Shown one piece after another: positions 55,461-64,000 of a stretch of DNA of 64,000 bases. Made by a program: the position numbers and the translations under genes. The DNA lies in the NCBI GenBank assembly GCA_965220085.1, contig CBDCOZ010000003.1:1664001-1728000 (forward strand). Reading direction: 5' to 3'. The stretch's first letter is position 1. Each line of letters begins with the position of its first letter. This DNA is from Candidatus Oxydemutatoraceae bacterium. Its GTDB lineage: Bacteria > Pseudomonadota > Gammaproteobacteria > Poriferisulfidales > Oxydemutatoraceae. The notes under the pieces are model-generated. The model had not been told where the DNA came from. It made no database searches and saw only the letters and a list, made by a program, of their open reading frames with translations.

Positions 55461-55640
55461 CGCGAGCAATTCTCGCGAGGCGGGTGCCTAGCACATTCCC
55501 CTCGCCGCGAGAGTCGGCAGGAATAGGGCGAAGCCGCCGCCATTACCATGCGTGAAACGGCAATGTTTGAGCGCGATGAAACAAGCGATGAAACAGCGCC
55601 GTTTCACAACACCCTCCGTCGCCGGTCAGGCGGAGTCAAG

Positions 55641-56062
55641 CATAGAATCCCCAAGCTGCTCGCCGCCCTTTACAGACTTAGATAGAATCACCCAGCCGCT
55701 TACGCATAGAATCCCCAAGCTGCTCGCCGCCCTTTAACAGACTTAGATAGAATCACCCAGCCGCTTACGCATAGAATCCCCAAGCCGCTCGCCGCCCTTT
55801 ACAGACTTAGATAGAATCACCCAGCCGCTTACGCATAGAATCCCCAAGCTGCTCGCCGCCCTTTACAGACTTAGATAGAATCACCCAGCCGCTTACGCAT
55901 AGAATCCCCAAGCCGCTCGCCGCCCTTTACAGACTTAGATAGAATCACCCAGCCGCTTACGCATAGAATCCCCAAGCTGCTCGCCGCCCTTTACAGACTT
56001 AGATAGAATCATCCAGCCGCTTACGCATAGAATCCCCAAGCTGTTCGCCGCCCTTTACAGAC
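55641..56062. repeat. 64-bp non-coding tandem repeat, 6 full copies plus 37 bp
   Basis: Unit CATAGAATCCCCAAGCTGCTCGCCGCCCTTTACAGACTTAGATAGAATCACCCAGCCGCTTACG at 55641, 55705, 55770, 55834, 55898, 55962, 56026. Confidence 0.97.
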
Positions 56063-56108
56063 AGGGAAAAATCAGGATACTAATAGGCTTGAACGAACGT
56101 TTCGCACC

Positions 56109-56684
56109 ATGCAACATCTTGAGCAAAAAATTCTGCGCGTTGATATTGGCGGCATGCCGATCGATTGGATCGGCTATCAGGATGCGGTTAAATTCCACTG
56201 CGCCGGACACGCGGCCTACAGTCTGGGGCGGCGCCTGTTCAACATTCGCGGCGGCATCAATGCGATTACCGGTCGCCGCAGTGTGATAGAAATTAATTCT
56301 ATCCTCGCGACCCGCGGCAAAAATCCGCACATTGAAAAATCGTATGTGCCGCCGCTCAACAACCTCGCTCTTTTTCGCCGCGACTCTTTCATCTGCATGT
56401 ACTGTGGCGAGCACATGCCCCGTTGCAAACTGTCGCGCGACCACATTATCCCGCTGCGCCAAGGCGGCACGGACGAATGGAGCAATGTCATCACCGCATG
56501 CAAACGCTGCAACAACCAAAAAGCCGGTCGCACGCCGGAACAAGCGGAGATGAAATTGCTGGCCATCCCGTTTGTGCCGACCCACGCCGAATACATCTAC
56601 TTGCAAGCGCGCAATGTCCTTGCCGACCAAATGGATTTTTTGAAAGCGCACTTTCCGAGAACCAGCCGTCTGCGTAACAGCTGA
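56109..56684 (+). CDS. HNH endonuclease (McrA/HNH_5-like)
   Basis: LFRRD..CMYCG, DHIIP...GG.D.WSNVITAC..CN..K..RTPEQA.M. Confidence 0.9.
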   Translation: MQHLEQKILRVDIGGMPIDWIGYQDAVKFHCAGHAAYSLGRRLFNIRGGINAITGRRSVIEINSILATRGKNPHIEKSYVPPLNNLALFRRDSFICMYCGEHMPRCKLSRDHIIPLRQGGTDEWSNVITACKRCNNQKAGRTPEQAEMKLLAIPFVPTHAEYIYLQARNVLADQMDFLKAHFPRTSRLRNS

Positions 56685-56701
56685 GGCAAGTCCGGCGGCA
56701 A

Positions 56702-57784
56702 GTGACTTACATCAACGACAAATACTACAACCACTTATCGCCGTTGCGCACCGGAGCGCTCCTAGTCAACCTCGGCACGCCGCAAGCCCCGACGACATCC
56801 GAGGTCGGGCGTTACCTCAAAGAATTCCTGTCCGACCGACGGGTGATTGAGGTTCCCCGCATGGTGTGGTGGCTGATTCTGCGCCTTGCGATACTGCCGT
56901 TTCGTTCCGGCAAAAGCGCGCGGGCATATGCAAAGATTTGGACTCCGGAAGGGTCTCCGTTGCTGGCGCACACGCGCAACATCGCCCGCGCACTCGAACA
57001 AAAGCTCAAACAAACGCGCCCCGACATCATCGTCTCTGTCGCCATGACCTACGGCTCTCCCGACATCGCCGGGGCGCTGGACGCATTGCGCGAAGCCAAT
57101 GTCCGCAAGTTGCTCGTATTGCCGCTCTTCCCGCAATACTCCGCGACCACGACAGGCGCGGTGTTTGACGCCGTGACCCGCGCCCTGCGCAAACAACGTT
57201 GGCTGCCGGAACTGCGCTTCATCAACAGCTATCACGACCACCCGCAATACATCGCCGCGTGCGCAAAACAGATTGCGGCGCAGCGCAACAACAAGCACAA
57301 CGACAAGCTGATCCTGTCCTTTCACGGCTTGCCCAAGCGCAACCTGCTCAACGGCGACCCGTATCACTGCCAATGCCACAAGAGCGCGCGCCTGATCGCC
57401 GAAACATTACAACTCGCGGATGACGACTGGACTGTCACTTTTCAATCGCGCTTCGGTGCGGCCGAATGGCTCAAACCCTATACCGACCACACGCTGATTG
57501 AGTTGGGCAAAAAATCCAAGCGGTCGGTTTCTGTTTTCTGCCCCGGATTTGCCGCCGACTGTCTGGAAACACTCGAAGAGATTGCCATCCAAAACCGCGA
57601 TGTCTTTGCCGATGCGGGCGGCAAGGAGTTTCAATACATCCCGGCCCTAAACGACTGCGAGGAACACATCGCCGCGCTGGACGCGCTCGTTCGCGCGCAT
57701 CTACAGGGCTGGGAAACCCCCGACAACGACAGCGCCATGCGCGCTATGCAGCTGGAACGCGCACAAGCGCTCGGCGCCGACTGA
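56702..57784 (+). CDS. hemH: Ferrochelatase
   Basis: [44 protein letters not shown]. Confidence 0.97.
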   Translation: MTYINDKYYNHLSPLRTGALLVNLGTPQAPTTSEVGRYLKEFLSDRRVIEVPRMVWWLILRLAILPFRSGKSARAYAKIWTPEGSPLLAHTRNIARALEQKLKQTRPDIIVSVAMTYGSPDIAGALDALREANVRKLLVLPLFPQYSATTTGAVFDAVTRALRKQRWLPELRFINSYHDHPQYIAACAKQIAAQRNNKHNDKLILSFHGLPKRNLLNGDPYHCQCHKSARLIAETLQLADDDWTVTFQSRFGAAEWLKPYTDHTLIELGKKSKRSVSVFCPGFAADCLETLEEIAIQNRDVFADAGGKEFQYIPALNDCEEHIAALDALVRAHLQGWETPDNDSAMRAMQLERAQALGAD

Positions 57785-58108
57785 CTCAATCTCCGCTCAA
57801 GGTCCGCGCCAACCCTCGGCACTGACGCCGCCGACTGCCTGGAAACACTCGAAGAGATCGCCATCCAAAACCGTGATGTCTTTGCCGATGCGGGCGGCAA
57901 GGAGTTTCAATACATCCCGGCCCTAAACGGTTGCGAAGAACACATCGCCGCGCTGGACGCACTCGTTCGCGCGCATTTGCAGGGCTGGGAAAACCCCGAC
58001 AACGACAGCGAAACGCGCGCCATGCAACTGGAACGCGCACAAGCGCTCGGCGCTGATTGACTCAATCTCCGCTCAAGGTCCGCGCCAACCCTCGGCACTG
58101 ACGCCGCC
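57551..58108. repeat. 276-bp tandem duplication spanning the 3' ends of convergent hemH and the exonuclease gene
   Basis: Copies start at 57551 and 57827 with GCCGCCGACTG; several substitutions between copies. Confidence 0.95.
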
Positions 58109-58976
58109 GCCAATCGCCAAAAGCGAGGCGGTCTAAGAACCGCTCCAGACGCTCGCCATCAACCGCCCCCACGGCGGTTGCGCAATCGGCGGGGATATCC
58201 ACATCGCAATATATCTCGGTCAAACGGCGCGCCAAGCGCACCGTCTCGCTATATTCCCGCAGCGATGCCTCGATGCGCTTTGCGCCGCGTATCTTGAGCG
58301 TGCCGACCTCGTCCGGATTCTCAAAGATTTTGCTCAGAGAGCCGAAATGTCGCAACAAACGGACAGCGGTCACCGTACCGATACCCGGCACACCGGGGAT
58401 ATTGTCCACCGGGTCGCCGGCCAAGGCGAGCATATCCGCAATCTGTTCGGGATAGACGCCAAACTTTTCGCAGATGCCGTCATAGTCCAACAATACCCGC
58501 TGTGCGTAATTCCAGAAGTAATCGCCTTCGCCCACCACCTGCGCGAGGTCTTTGTCGCCGCTAACCACCACGATGGAATGCCCCTTCGCCTTCTCGCGCG
58601 CCGACAAGGTGCCTATCAAGTCATCGGCTTCATAAAGCGGGTCGGATATCTCGCTGATACCGAGCGCCGCGACGAATTCCCGGCACATTTGAAACTGCGC
58701 TTTGAGTTCGGCCGGCGCGGGTTCGCGGTTCGCCTTATACGGCGGATATATCTGATTGCGAAAAGACGTTTCAAAGCTTTCGTCAAAAGCAAAAACGATG
58801 GGACACGGGGCTTTCTCGCGCAGCAGGCGGGTTACGAATTCGCAAAAGCCATAGACCGCATTGGCCGGATTGCCGTCGCAGTCGGTAACAGTATCCGACA
58901 CCGAGAACCACGAGCGAAAGACATAGATGCTCGCATCAACAAGATAAACAGGCTGCTTGTCGGTGTGCATCGTCAT
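58062..58976 (-). CDS. Stand-alone 5'-3' exonuclease / flap endonuclease (PolA N-domain-like)
   Basis: YLVDAS.Y.FR, YKANR, EADDLIGTL, SGDKDL.Q, LAGD..DNIPGVPGIG. Confidence 0.9.
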   Translation of the reverse strand: MTMHTDKQPVYLVDASIYVFRSWFSVSDTVTDCDGNPANAVYGFCEFVTRLLREKAPCPIVFAFDESFETSFRNQIYPPYKANREPAPAELKAQFQMCREFVAALGISEISDPLYEADDLIGTLSAREKAKGHSIVVVSGDKDLAQVVGEGDYFWNYAQRVLLDYDGICEKFGVYPEQIADMLALAGDPVDNIPGVPGIGTVTAVRLLRHFGSLSKIFENPDEVGTLKIRGAKRIEASLREYSETVRLARRLTEIYCDVDIPADCATAVGAVDGERLERFLDRLAFGDWRRRQCRGLARTLSGD

Positions 58977-59066
58977 GAATTCGGAATCGTTCTGGCCGGC
59001 GCTTCCCGAACGAAGTGTCAGCCCATGCGGCCTCGCTCGAACGAGAGCGGCGCAAGCGACGACAAC

Positions 59067-59282
59067 TTATGCCTTCGCTTTCTTGCCGTAGCGCTTGCGG
59101 AATTTGTCTACCTGACCTACGCTCTCCAAAATCTTCTGTTGCCCGGTATAGAACGGATGGCAGGCGGAACAGATCTCAACTGCGAGCGTATCCTCGGCAT
59201 AGGTGGAATGGATAGTCATACTATTGCCACAAGTACAAGTCACCTTGACCTCGTGATATTTCGGGTGGATATCGGTTTTCAT
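59067..59282 (-). CDS. rpmE: 50S ribosomal protein L31 (zinc-binding type A)
   Basis: MK.DIHPKY, CTCGN, CSACHPFYTG.QK. Confidence 0.97.
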   Translation of the reverse strand: MKTDIHPKYHEVKVTCTCGNSMTIHSTYAEDTLAVEICSACHPFYTGQQKILESVGQVDKFRKRYGKKAKA

Positions 59283-59548
59283 CGGATTTGCAAACTTTCA
59301 AATATAACTCTGTCAGGTGGCGCATGATAATAGAAAGCCCCTCGCCATGCAAGAACATCGCCATTTCCGCGCCGCCTCGGGTTGCCGACAAAGGGCTTGT
59401 GGACAATTCTGTTAGTAACTCCGCATCTGCGGGCAAAATTTGCGATTATCAATAACATATAAAATAATGTCGGTATTATGCGAGTTTAGCCGTAAGGTCA
59501 TGATATACCTGTGGAAACAATAGCCCCCCCGATGATTATCCGGCTTGC

Positions 59549-60793
59549 CTAACCGCCATCGGGCCCAAATGCGCCAACCTGTGAATAGACTATCTCGGTT
59601 GCCTCCATATTTTGTGACAGGGCAGCGCCCTGAGGCAGACATTCCTCTAACAGTTGGTCGAGAAACCAATACGAATATTGGGTCGTCCGAAGACGCCCCG
59701 CATCGTATCGCAATTTGCCCTGCTCCGCCAAGAGGGAAACCTTCCGCTTGAGAGACTCGGCGGGCAGACCCGTATGCCGCTCAAATGTGGCGAGCTCCGC
59801 GCCGTCACGCAAGCGCAACGCATTCATCAGGAACTCAAAGACCATGCTATCGCGATCGACGACCCATTCCTGCGCACAGCAATCACCAGCGCGCGCGCGC
59901 TCCATATACGCTTCGGGCATGCGTGTCTTACGCCGACGGATAACCTTATCGGGCAAGGAAATACTCAATTTGCCATGCGCCCCGGCGCCTATGCCGAGGT
60001 AATCTCCAAAGCGCCAATAATTCAGATTATGCCGACATGGCTTGCCGAACGCCGACACTTCGTAACGCGAATATCCGCCGCTTTGCAACAAAGACATCGC
60101 GGCTTCCTGAAACCGAAACACGTCATCGTCGGCGGGAAGCGACGGCGGAAACTTGTAAAACACCGTATTCGGCTCAAGCGTCAGTTGATAGTAAGAAATG
60201 TGAGAAGGCTTGAGACGTATCGCACAACGCACATCGGCCAAAGCTTCTTGCGCTGTCTGTTGCGGCAAACCAAACATCAGGTCGAGATTCAGGTTATCAA
60301 ACCCCGCCTGCTGCGCCAGCGCCGCCGCCCGCCGCGCCTCGGCGCCATCGTGAGCGCGGGAAAGCCGCCGCAAAGCGGCGCTGTCAAAACTCTGAACACC
60401 GATGGACAACCGGTTGATTCCGGCGGCGCGAAAGCCCTTGAAGCGCTCCGCATCGGCGCTATCCGGATTCGCCTCCAGCGTGATCTCGCAATCCCCCGCC
60501 AACGGAACAAGGCGGCGGATTCCCGATAGCAACCCGCGTATGGCATCGGCGCCAAACAAACTCGGCGTGCCGCCGCCGATAAAAATACTCGCCAAAGAAC
60601 GCCCGCCGACATAGGCGAGTTCCGATTCCAAATCCGCAAGCAACGCTTTGACATACGCCTCTTCGGGCAACGCGCCGGCGGCGGCGTGCGAATTGAAATC
60701 GCAATACGGGCATTTTGATACGCACCACGGCAGATGCGCATACAGAGCAAGCGGCGGCAAATTGCTTGCGGACTGCGCTTGCAAATCGCTCAT
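59549..60793 (-). CDS. hemW: Radical SAM heme chaperone HemW
   Basis: Y.HLPWC..KCPYCDFNSH, GGGTPS, HNLNYWRFGDYLGIGAGAH; ATGA overlap with rdgB. Confidence 0.93.
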   Translation of the reverse strand: MSDLQAQSASNLPPLALYAHLPWCVSKCPYCDFNSHAAAGALPEEAYVKALLADLESELAYVGGRSLASIFIGGGTPSLFGADAIRGLLSGIRRLVPLAGDCEITLEANPDSADAERFKGFRAAGINRLSIGVQSFDSAALRRLSRAHDGAEARRAAALAQQAGFDNLNLDLMFGLPQQTAQEALADVRCAIRLKPSHISYYQLTLEPNTVFYKFPPSLPADDDVFRFQEAAMSLLQSGGYSRYEVSAFGKPCRHNLNYWRFGDYLGIGAGAHGKLSISLPDKVIRRRKTRMPEAYMERARAGDCCAQEWVVDRDSMVFEFLMNALRLRDGAELATFERHTGLPAESLKRKVSLLAEQGKLRYDAGRLRTTQYSYWFLDQLLEECLPQGAALSQNMEATEIVYSQVGAFGPDGG

Positions 60794-61377
60794 GACAAAC
60801 AACGCTTATACAAGCCGGAAAATGCCTGTGCCCGATGGCTGCGGCGGTTCTTCTCTTGCGCCGACAACTCTGCGGCGGTACAACCGCACTCGGGCAAATA
60901 AAAAACGGGATCATAACCAAACCCGCCCGCGCCCGCAGGAGCGGCAGCGATCCTGCCCTCCCAAGATGCGCTGACATGCGCCGGCGCGCTGTCTTCGCCG
61001 CCGCGAAGGCACACCGCAACGCAACAAAACCTCGCCCCGCGCCGCTCATCCGGCACTCCCCGCAGGGCAAGCAACAACTTGTTTACATTGTCGGAATCGG
61101 CGGCATGCTCCCCCGCATAGCGCGCCGAATATATCCCCGGCGCGCCGTCAAGCGCGGCCACTTCCAAACCCGAATCCTCGGCAATCACTGGCAAACCCGT
61201 CGCCGCCGCCGCATGCCGCGCCTTGATCAGCGCGTTTTCCAAAAAAGTCGTGCCGGTCTCGGGCGGAGACACCAGATCAAAGTCCGATTGCGGTCGCAAA
61301 TCGGCGGCCAACTCGGGCAATATATCGCGAATCTCATCCAACTTGTGTCGATTACCGCTTGCAAGCACCAACCTCAC
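60790..61377 (-). CDS. rdgB: dITP/XTP pyrophosphatase
   Basis: GGAGG then GTG; LASGNRHK..E, ENALIKA, EDSGL.V.AL.GAPGIYSARY, FGYDP, SHR. Confidence 0.95.
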   Translation of the reverse strand: MRLVLASGNRHKLDEIRDILPELAADLRPQSDFDLVSPPETGTTFLENALIKARHAAAATGLPVIAEDSGLEVAALDGAPGIYSARYAGEHAADSDNVNKLLLALRGVPDERRGARFCCVAVCLRGGEDSAPAHVSASWEGRIAAAPAGAGGFGYDPVFYLPECGCTAAELSAQEKNRRSHRAQAFSGLYKRCLS

Positions 61378-61566
61378 CGCCGTCCTCCCGCCAGAGCGCG
61401 TTCGTGCGACGCTCCGGAGCCGCTTGCGAGCGCCAACTTCACCGCCGTCCTCCCGCCTACGACCCGAGGCAATTCTTTTGCAATGCTTGCAAGCACCAAC
61501 CTCACCGCCGTCCTCCCGCCCACAACCGCCCACAACCGCCTACAACCCGAGGCAATTCTTTTGCAA
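61357..61566. repeat. Interleaved duplications of the rdgB start (3 x 36 bp) and rph end (2 x 28 bp)
   Basis: GCTTGCRAGCRCCAACYTCACCGCCGTCCTCCCGCC at 61357, 61422, 61485; CCTACRACCCGAGGCAATTCTTTTGCAA at 61456, 61539. Confidence 0.9.
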
Positions 61567-62265
61567 AGCGACGATCTCCGCCGTCCCCCGCCGCGCGAGT
61601 TTCAGCATCGCTTCCAACTCATCTTGCCGAAAAGCATGCCCCTCGGCGGTACCCTGCACTTCGATGTAATGCCCGGCATCGTTCATGATGACATTGAGGT
61701 CGGTCTCGGCATGGCTGTCCTCTTCGTAGTCAAGGTCCACCACCGCCGCCCCCTTGTATATCCCCGCAGACACCGCCGCCACCATCCCGTGCACGGGATT
61801 GCGCGCCGCCACATCCGGCGGCAAGCTGTCGATCGCGCCGCGCAGGGCGATATACCCGCCGCTGACAGCAGCGGTGCGCGTGCCGCCATCGGCCTGCAGC
61901 ACATCGCAATCCACCGTAATCGTGCGCTCGCCGATAGCGGCGAAATCCAGACACGCCCGCAAGCACCGCCCGATCAAGCGCTGAATCTCCTGACTGCGCC
62001 CGGTCTGCTTGCCGCGCGCGCTCTCGCGGCTCATGCGCGACAGGGTGGAACACGGCAACATCCCGTACTCGGCCGTCAGCCAGCCGCGCCCTCGCCCCTT
62101 GAGAAACTGGGGCACGCGTTCTTCTATCGTCGCGGCGCACACAACCCGGGTATCCCCGTAACCGACCAAGACCGAGCTCGTCGCGTTCTTGATATAGTCG
62201 AGTTCAAAAGAAATCGGGCGCAACTCGTCAAAAGCGCGACCGCTGGGTCTGGTTATTACATCCAT
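61540..62265 (-). CDS. rph: Ribonuclease PH
   Basis: [49 protein letters not shown]. Confidence 0.97.
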   Translation of the reverse strand: MDVITRPSGRAFDELRPISFELDYIKNATSSVLVGYGDTRVVCAATIEERVPQFLKGRGRGWLTAEYGMLPCSTLSRMSRESARGKQTGRSQEIQRLIGRCLRACLDFAAIGERTITVDCDVLQADGGTRTAAVSGGYIALRGAIDSLPPDVAARNPVHGMVAAVSAGIYKGAAVVDLDYEEDSHAETDLNVIMNDAGHYIEVQGTAEGHAFRQDELEAMLKLARRGTAEIVALQKNCLGL

Positions 62266-62334
62266 GAGCGTATTATCGGAAAATATTCTGGTATTATAAA
62301 CAATTCCCGCGCCCCGTGACGCGGCCATCAAAGA

Positions 62335-62838
62335 ATGCCCGATAAAACCACAACCGCATTGCCGCAACCATCCGAGGAGAACGCCTTTTTGGCCGGCCAC
62401 ATCGCCCTCCTCTGCGACAGCTACCAGCGCCACACCGGACGCACATTGATCGCGCCCGGCAACGACGGCTATGAGACCGCAAAAGCGATATGGCACGCGC
62501 CGTTTGTCGTCGCATCACACAACACCGATGCGAACCCGCTGTTCGCGTATGCCAACCGCATCGCGCTGGAACTGTTTGCGATGGACTGGCGGCAACTCGT
62601 GCGCACCCCCTCCGCGCAATCGGCCGAAGCGGCACACCAGACCGAACGCGCGCGCCTGCTCGAGCAAGTCAGCGAGAAAGGCTATATGGACAATTACAGC
62701 GGCATCCGCATCTCGGCGCGCGGCAGGAGGTTTCGCGTCAAAAACGCGATTATCTGGAACCTAAAAGACGACAGCGGGCGGTATGCGGGGCAAGCGGCGA
62801 GCTTTTCGGATTGGGAATTTCTTGACGCGGCGCGCTGA
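62335..62838 (+). CDS. MEKHLA (PAS-like) domain protein
   Basis: APFVVASH...P.F.YAN..ALELF.M.W..L...PS..SAE...ER..LL..V...GY...YSG.RIS..GRRF. Confidence 0.85.
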   Translation: MPDKTTTALPQPSEENAFLAGHIALLCDSYQRHTGRTLIAPGNDGYETAKAIWHAPFVVASHNTDANPLFAYANRIALELFAMDWRQLVRTPSAQSAEAAHQTERARLLEQVSEKGYMDNYSGIRISARGRRFRVKNAIIWNLKDDSGRYAGQAASFSDWEFLDAAR

Positions 62839-62904
62839 GAGCAGGAGTTGCTATAATGGCGGAACATACGCCCCGTGACGAAGCGGGCGACTGAGGCAAA
62901 CATA

Positions 62905-63105
62905 ATGACGAAACAGGAAAAAATCAAAAAACTGATTGCGATGCAAAAAAACTTCCTTGAAAAGGAGAAGCGCGAAGGGGTTTCCATGCGCGAATACTTT
63001 CTGCCCGAAGAAGGGTCGGAGTTGCACAGCTACCGCGAAGAGTACATCAACACCGCGATGGACGTGGTCGCAGACGCGCACAAAGAAATCGGCTCAAAAG
63101 GCTGA
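62905..63105 (+). CDS. Small hypothetical protein
   Basis: GAGG before ATG; protein-like composition; closely spaced with the next ORF. Confidence 0.65.
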   Translation: MTKQEKIKKLIAMQKNFLEKEKREGVSMREYFLPEEGSELHSYREEYINTAMDVVADAHKEIGSKG

Positions 63106-63114
63106 GCGAAACGC

Positions 63115-63468
63115 ATGCTGTTGAAGCTGGCGGTCGGCGAACAAATCTACGCGGTTGAAGTCCCAGACTCCCTCATCGCCGAAGCCGAAGACATCTTCAA
63201 AAAAATAGACGCCGACATGGATCGCGGCTGGCAGATGAGCCGCACTTGGGCGGACAATCCCGACACGTTGCAACGCTGTCAGATTCTCGCCGACAAGGCC
63301 CTCACCGCATTACACAAACAGAACCGACAGATGGTGCAAATATCGGCGGCGTACATATTGTCGCGCCTGCCGGGCGTGACCCGCGTAGATATCGCAACAG
63401 ACGGCGACATGACGCAAACCCACTTTGAAATGAGCGAACACCGAGACCAAACGCGGCGCGGCCCTTGA
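63115..63468 (+). CDS. Hypothetical protein (KIDADMDRGWQMSR.W..NP..QRCQI.ADK)
   Basis: 117-aa ORF 9 bp after the previous gene; protein-like composition. Confidence 0.7.
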   Translation: MLLKLAVGEQIYAVEVPDSLIAEAEDIFKKIDADMDRGWQMSRTWADNPDTLQRCQILADKALTALHKQNRQMVQISAAYILSRLPGVTRVDIATDGDMTQTHFEMSEHRDQTRRGP

Positions 63469-64000
63469 CGCTCAGGCACCGCAAACCCGCTTTGAAATGA
63501 GCGAACACCGAGACCAAACGCGGCGCGGCCCTTGACGCTCAGGCACCGCAAACCCGCTTTGAAATGAGCGAACACCGAGACCAAACGCGGCGCGGCCCTT
63601 GACGCTCAGGCACGCAAACCCACTTTGAAATGAGCGAACACCGAGACCAAACGTAGCGCGGCCCTTGACGCTCAGGCACCGCAAACCCGCTTTGAAACAA
63701 GCGAACACCGAGACCAAACGCGGCGCGGCCCTTGACGCTCAGGCGCCGCAAACCCGCTTTGAAATGAGCGAACACCGAGACCAAACGCGGCGCGGCCCTT
63801 GACGCTCAGGCACCGCAAACCCGCTTTGAAATAAACGAACACCGAGACCAAGCGCGGCGCGGCCCTTGACGCTCAGGCACCGCAAACCCGCTTTGAAATG
63901 AGCGAACACCGAGACCAAACGCGGCGCGGCCCTTGACGCTCAGGCACCGCAAACCCGCTTTGAAATGAGCGAACACCGAGACCAAACGCGGCGCGGCCCT
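63414..64000. repeat. 67-bp tandem repeat derived from the 3' end of 63115-63468; 8 full copies plus a partial, running off the window
   Basis: Units at 63414, 63481, 63548, 63614, 63681, 63748, 63815, 63882, 63949; the first overlaps the gene's last codons and stop. Confidence 0.97.

Noticed and set aside
55641-56062. CRISPR array next to an HNH nuclease
   Set aside because: Units are near-identical along their whole length with no unique spacers; the HNH protein is 191 aa with no RuvC or Cas features; no cas genes in the window
60835-62319. 494-aa plus-strand ORF
   Set aside because: Antisense to rdgB and rph, with no recognisable motifs
63414-64000. CRISPR array (67-bp period is CRISPR-like)
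   Set aside because: No variable spacers; the unit is a copy of the adjacent gene's 3' end

Overview
GC-rich gammaproteobacterial chromosome segment. Two copies of an Alvin_2107-like gene suggest a sulfur oxidiser, and the repeat-rich adhesin expansion suggests a host-associated lifestyle (both inferences). The backbone is ordinary housekeeping genes: rnt-lptCAB, ptrB, adk, PPi-type pfk, icd, aceA, rraA, mltF, tadA, guaAB, xseA, dksA, pnp-rpsO, msrP, ndk, the isc/hsc operon, suhB, hemH, rpmE and hemW-rdgB-rph. Three head-to-tail arrays (10.9-20.7 kb, 35.1-38.9 kb, 51.4-55.5 kb) hold 12 genes plus one orphan tail of a secreted, modular Ig/cadherin-like protein family. All 13 end in the near-invariant C-terminal peptide RLRLR[LV]FLEGPLR-stop, which is conserved at protein level but not at codon level. 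Six members carry a 13-24 nt poly-C tract 22-27 nt after the start codon, and all six are out of frame by one base. The other six have only 4-6 C at the equivalent position and are in frame. N-terminal domains are hypervariable and mosaic, while C-terminal halves and spacers are near-identical repeats. Together this looks like an uncharacterised phase- and antigen-variable surface-protein repertoire with its own C-terminal sorting or docking signal. Other oddities are a DksA with 15 x 17-aa histone-H1-like repeats, repeated tandem duplication of gene ends, two spacer-less 64-bp and 67-bp arrays, and a 59-aa ferredoxin missing from the ORF track. No rRNA, tRNA, CRISPR, integrase, transposase or reverse transcriptase was recognised.
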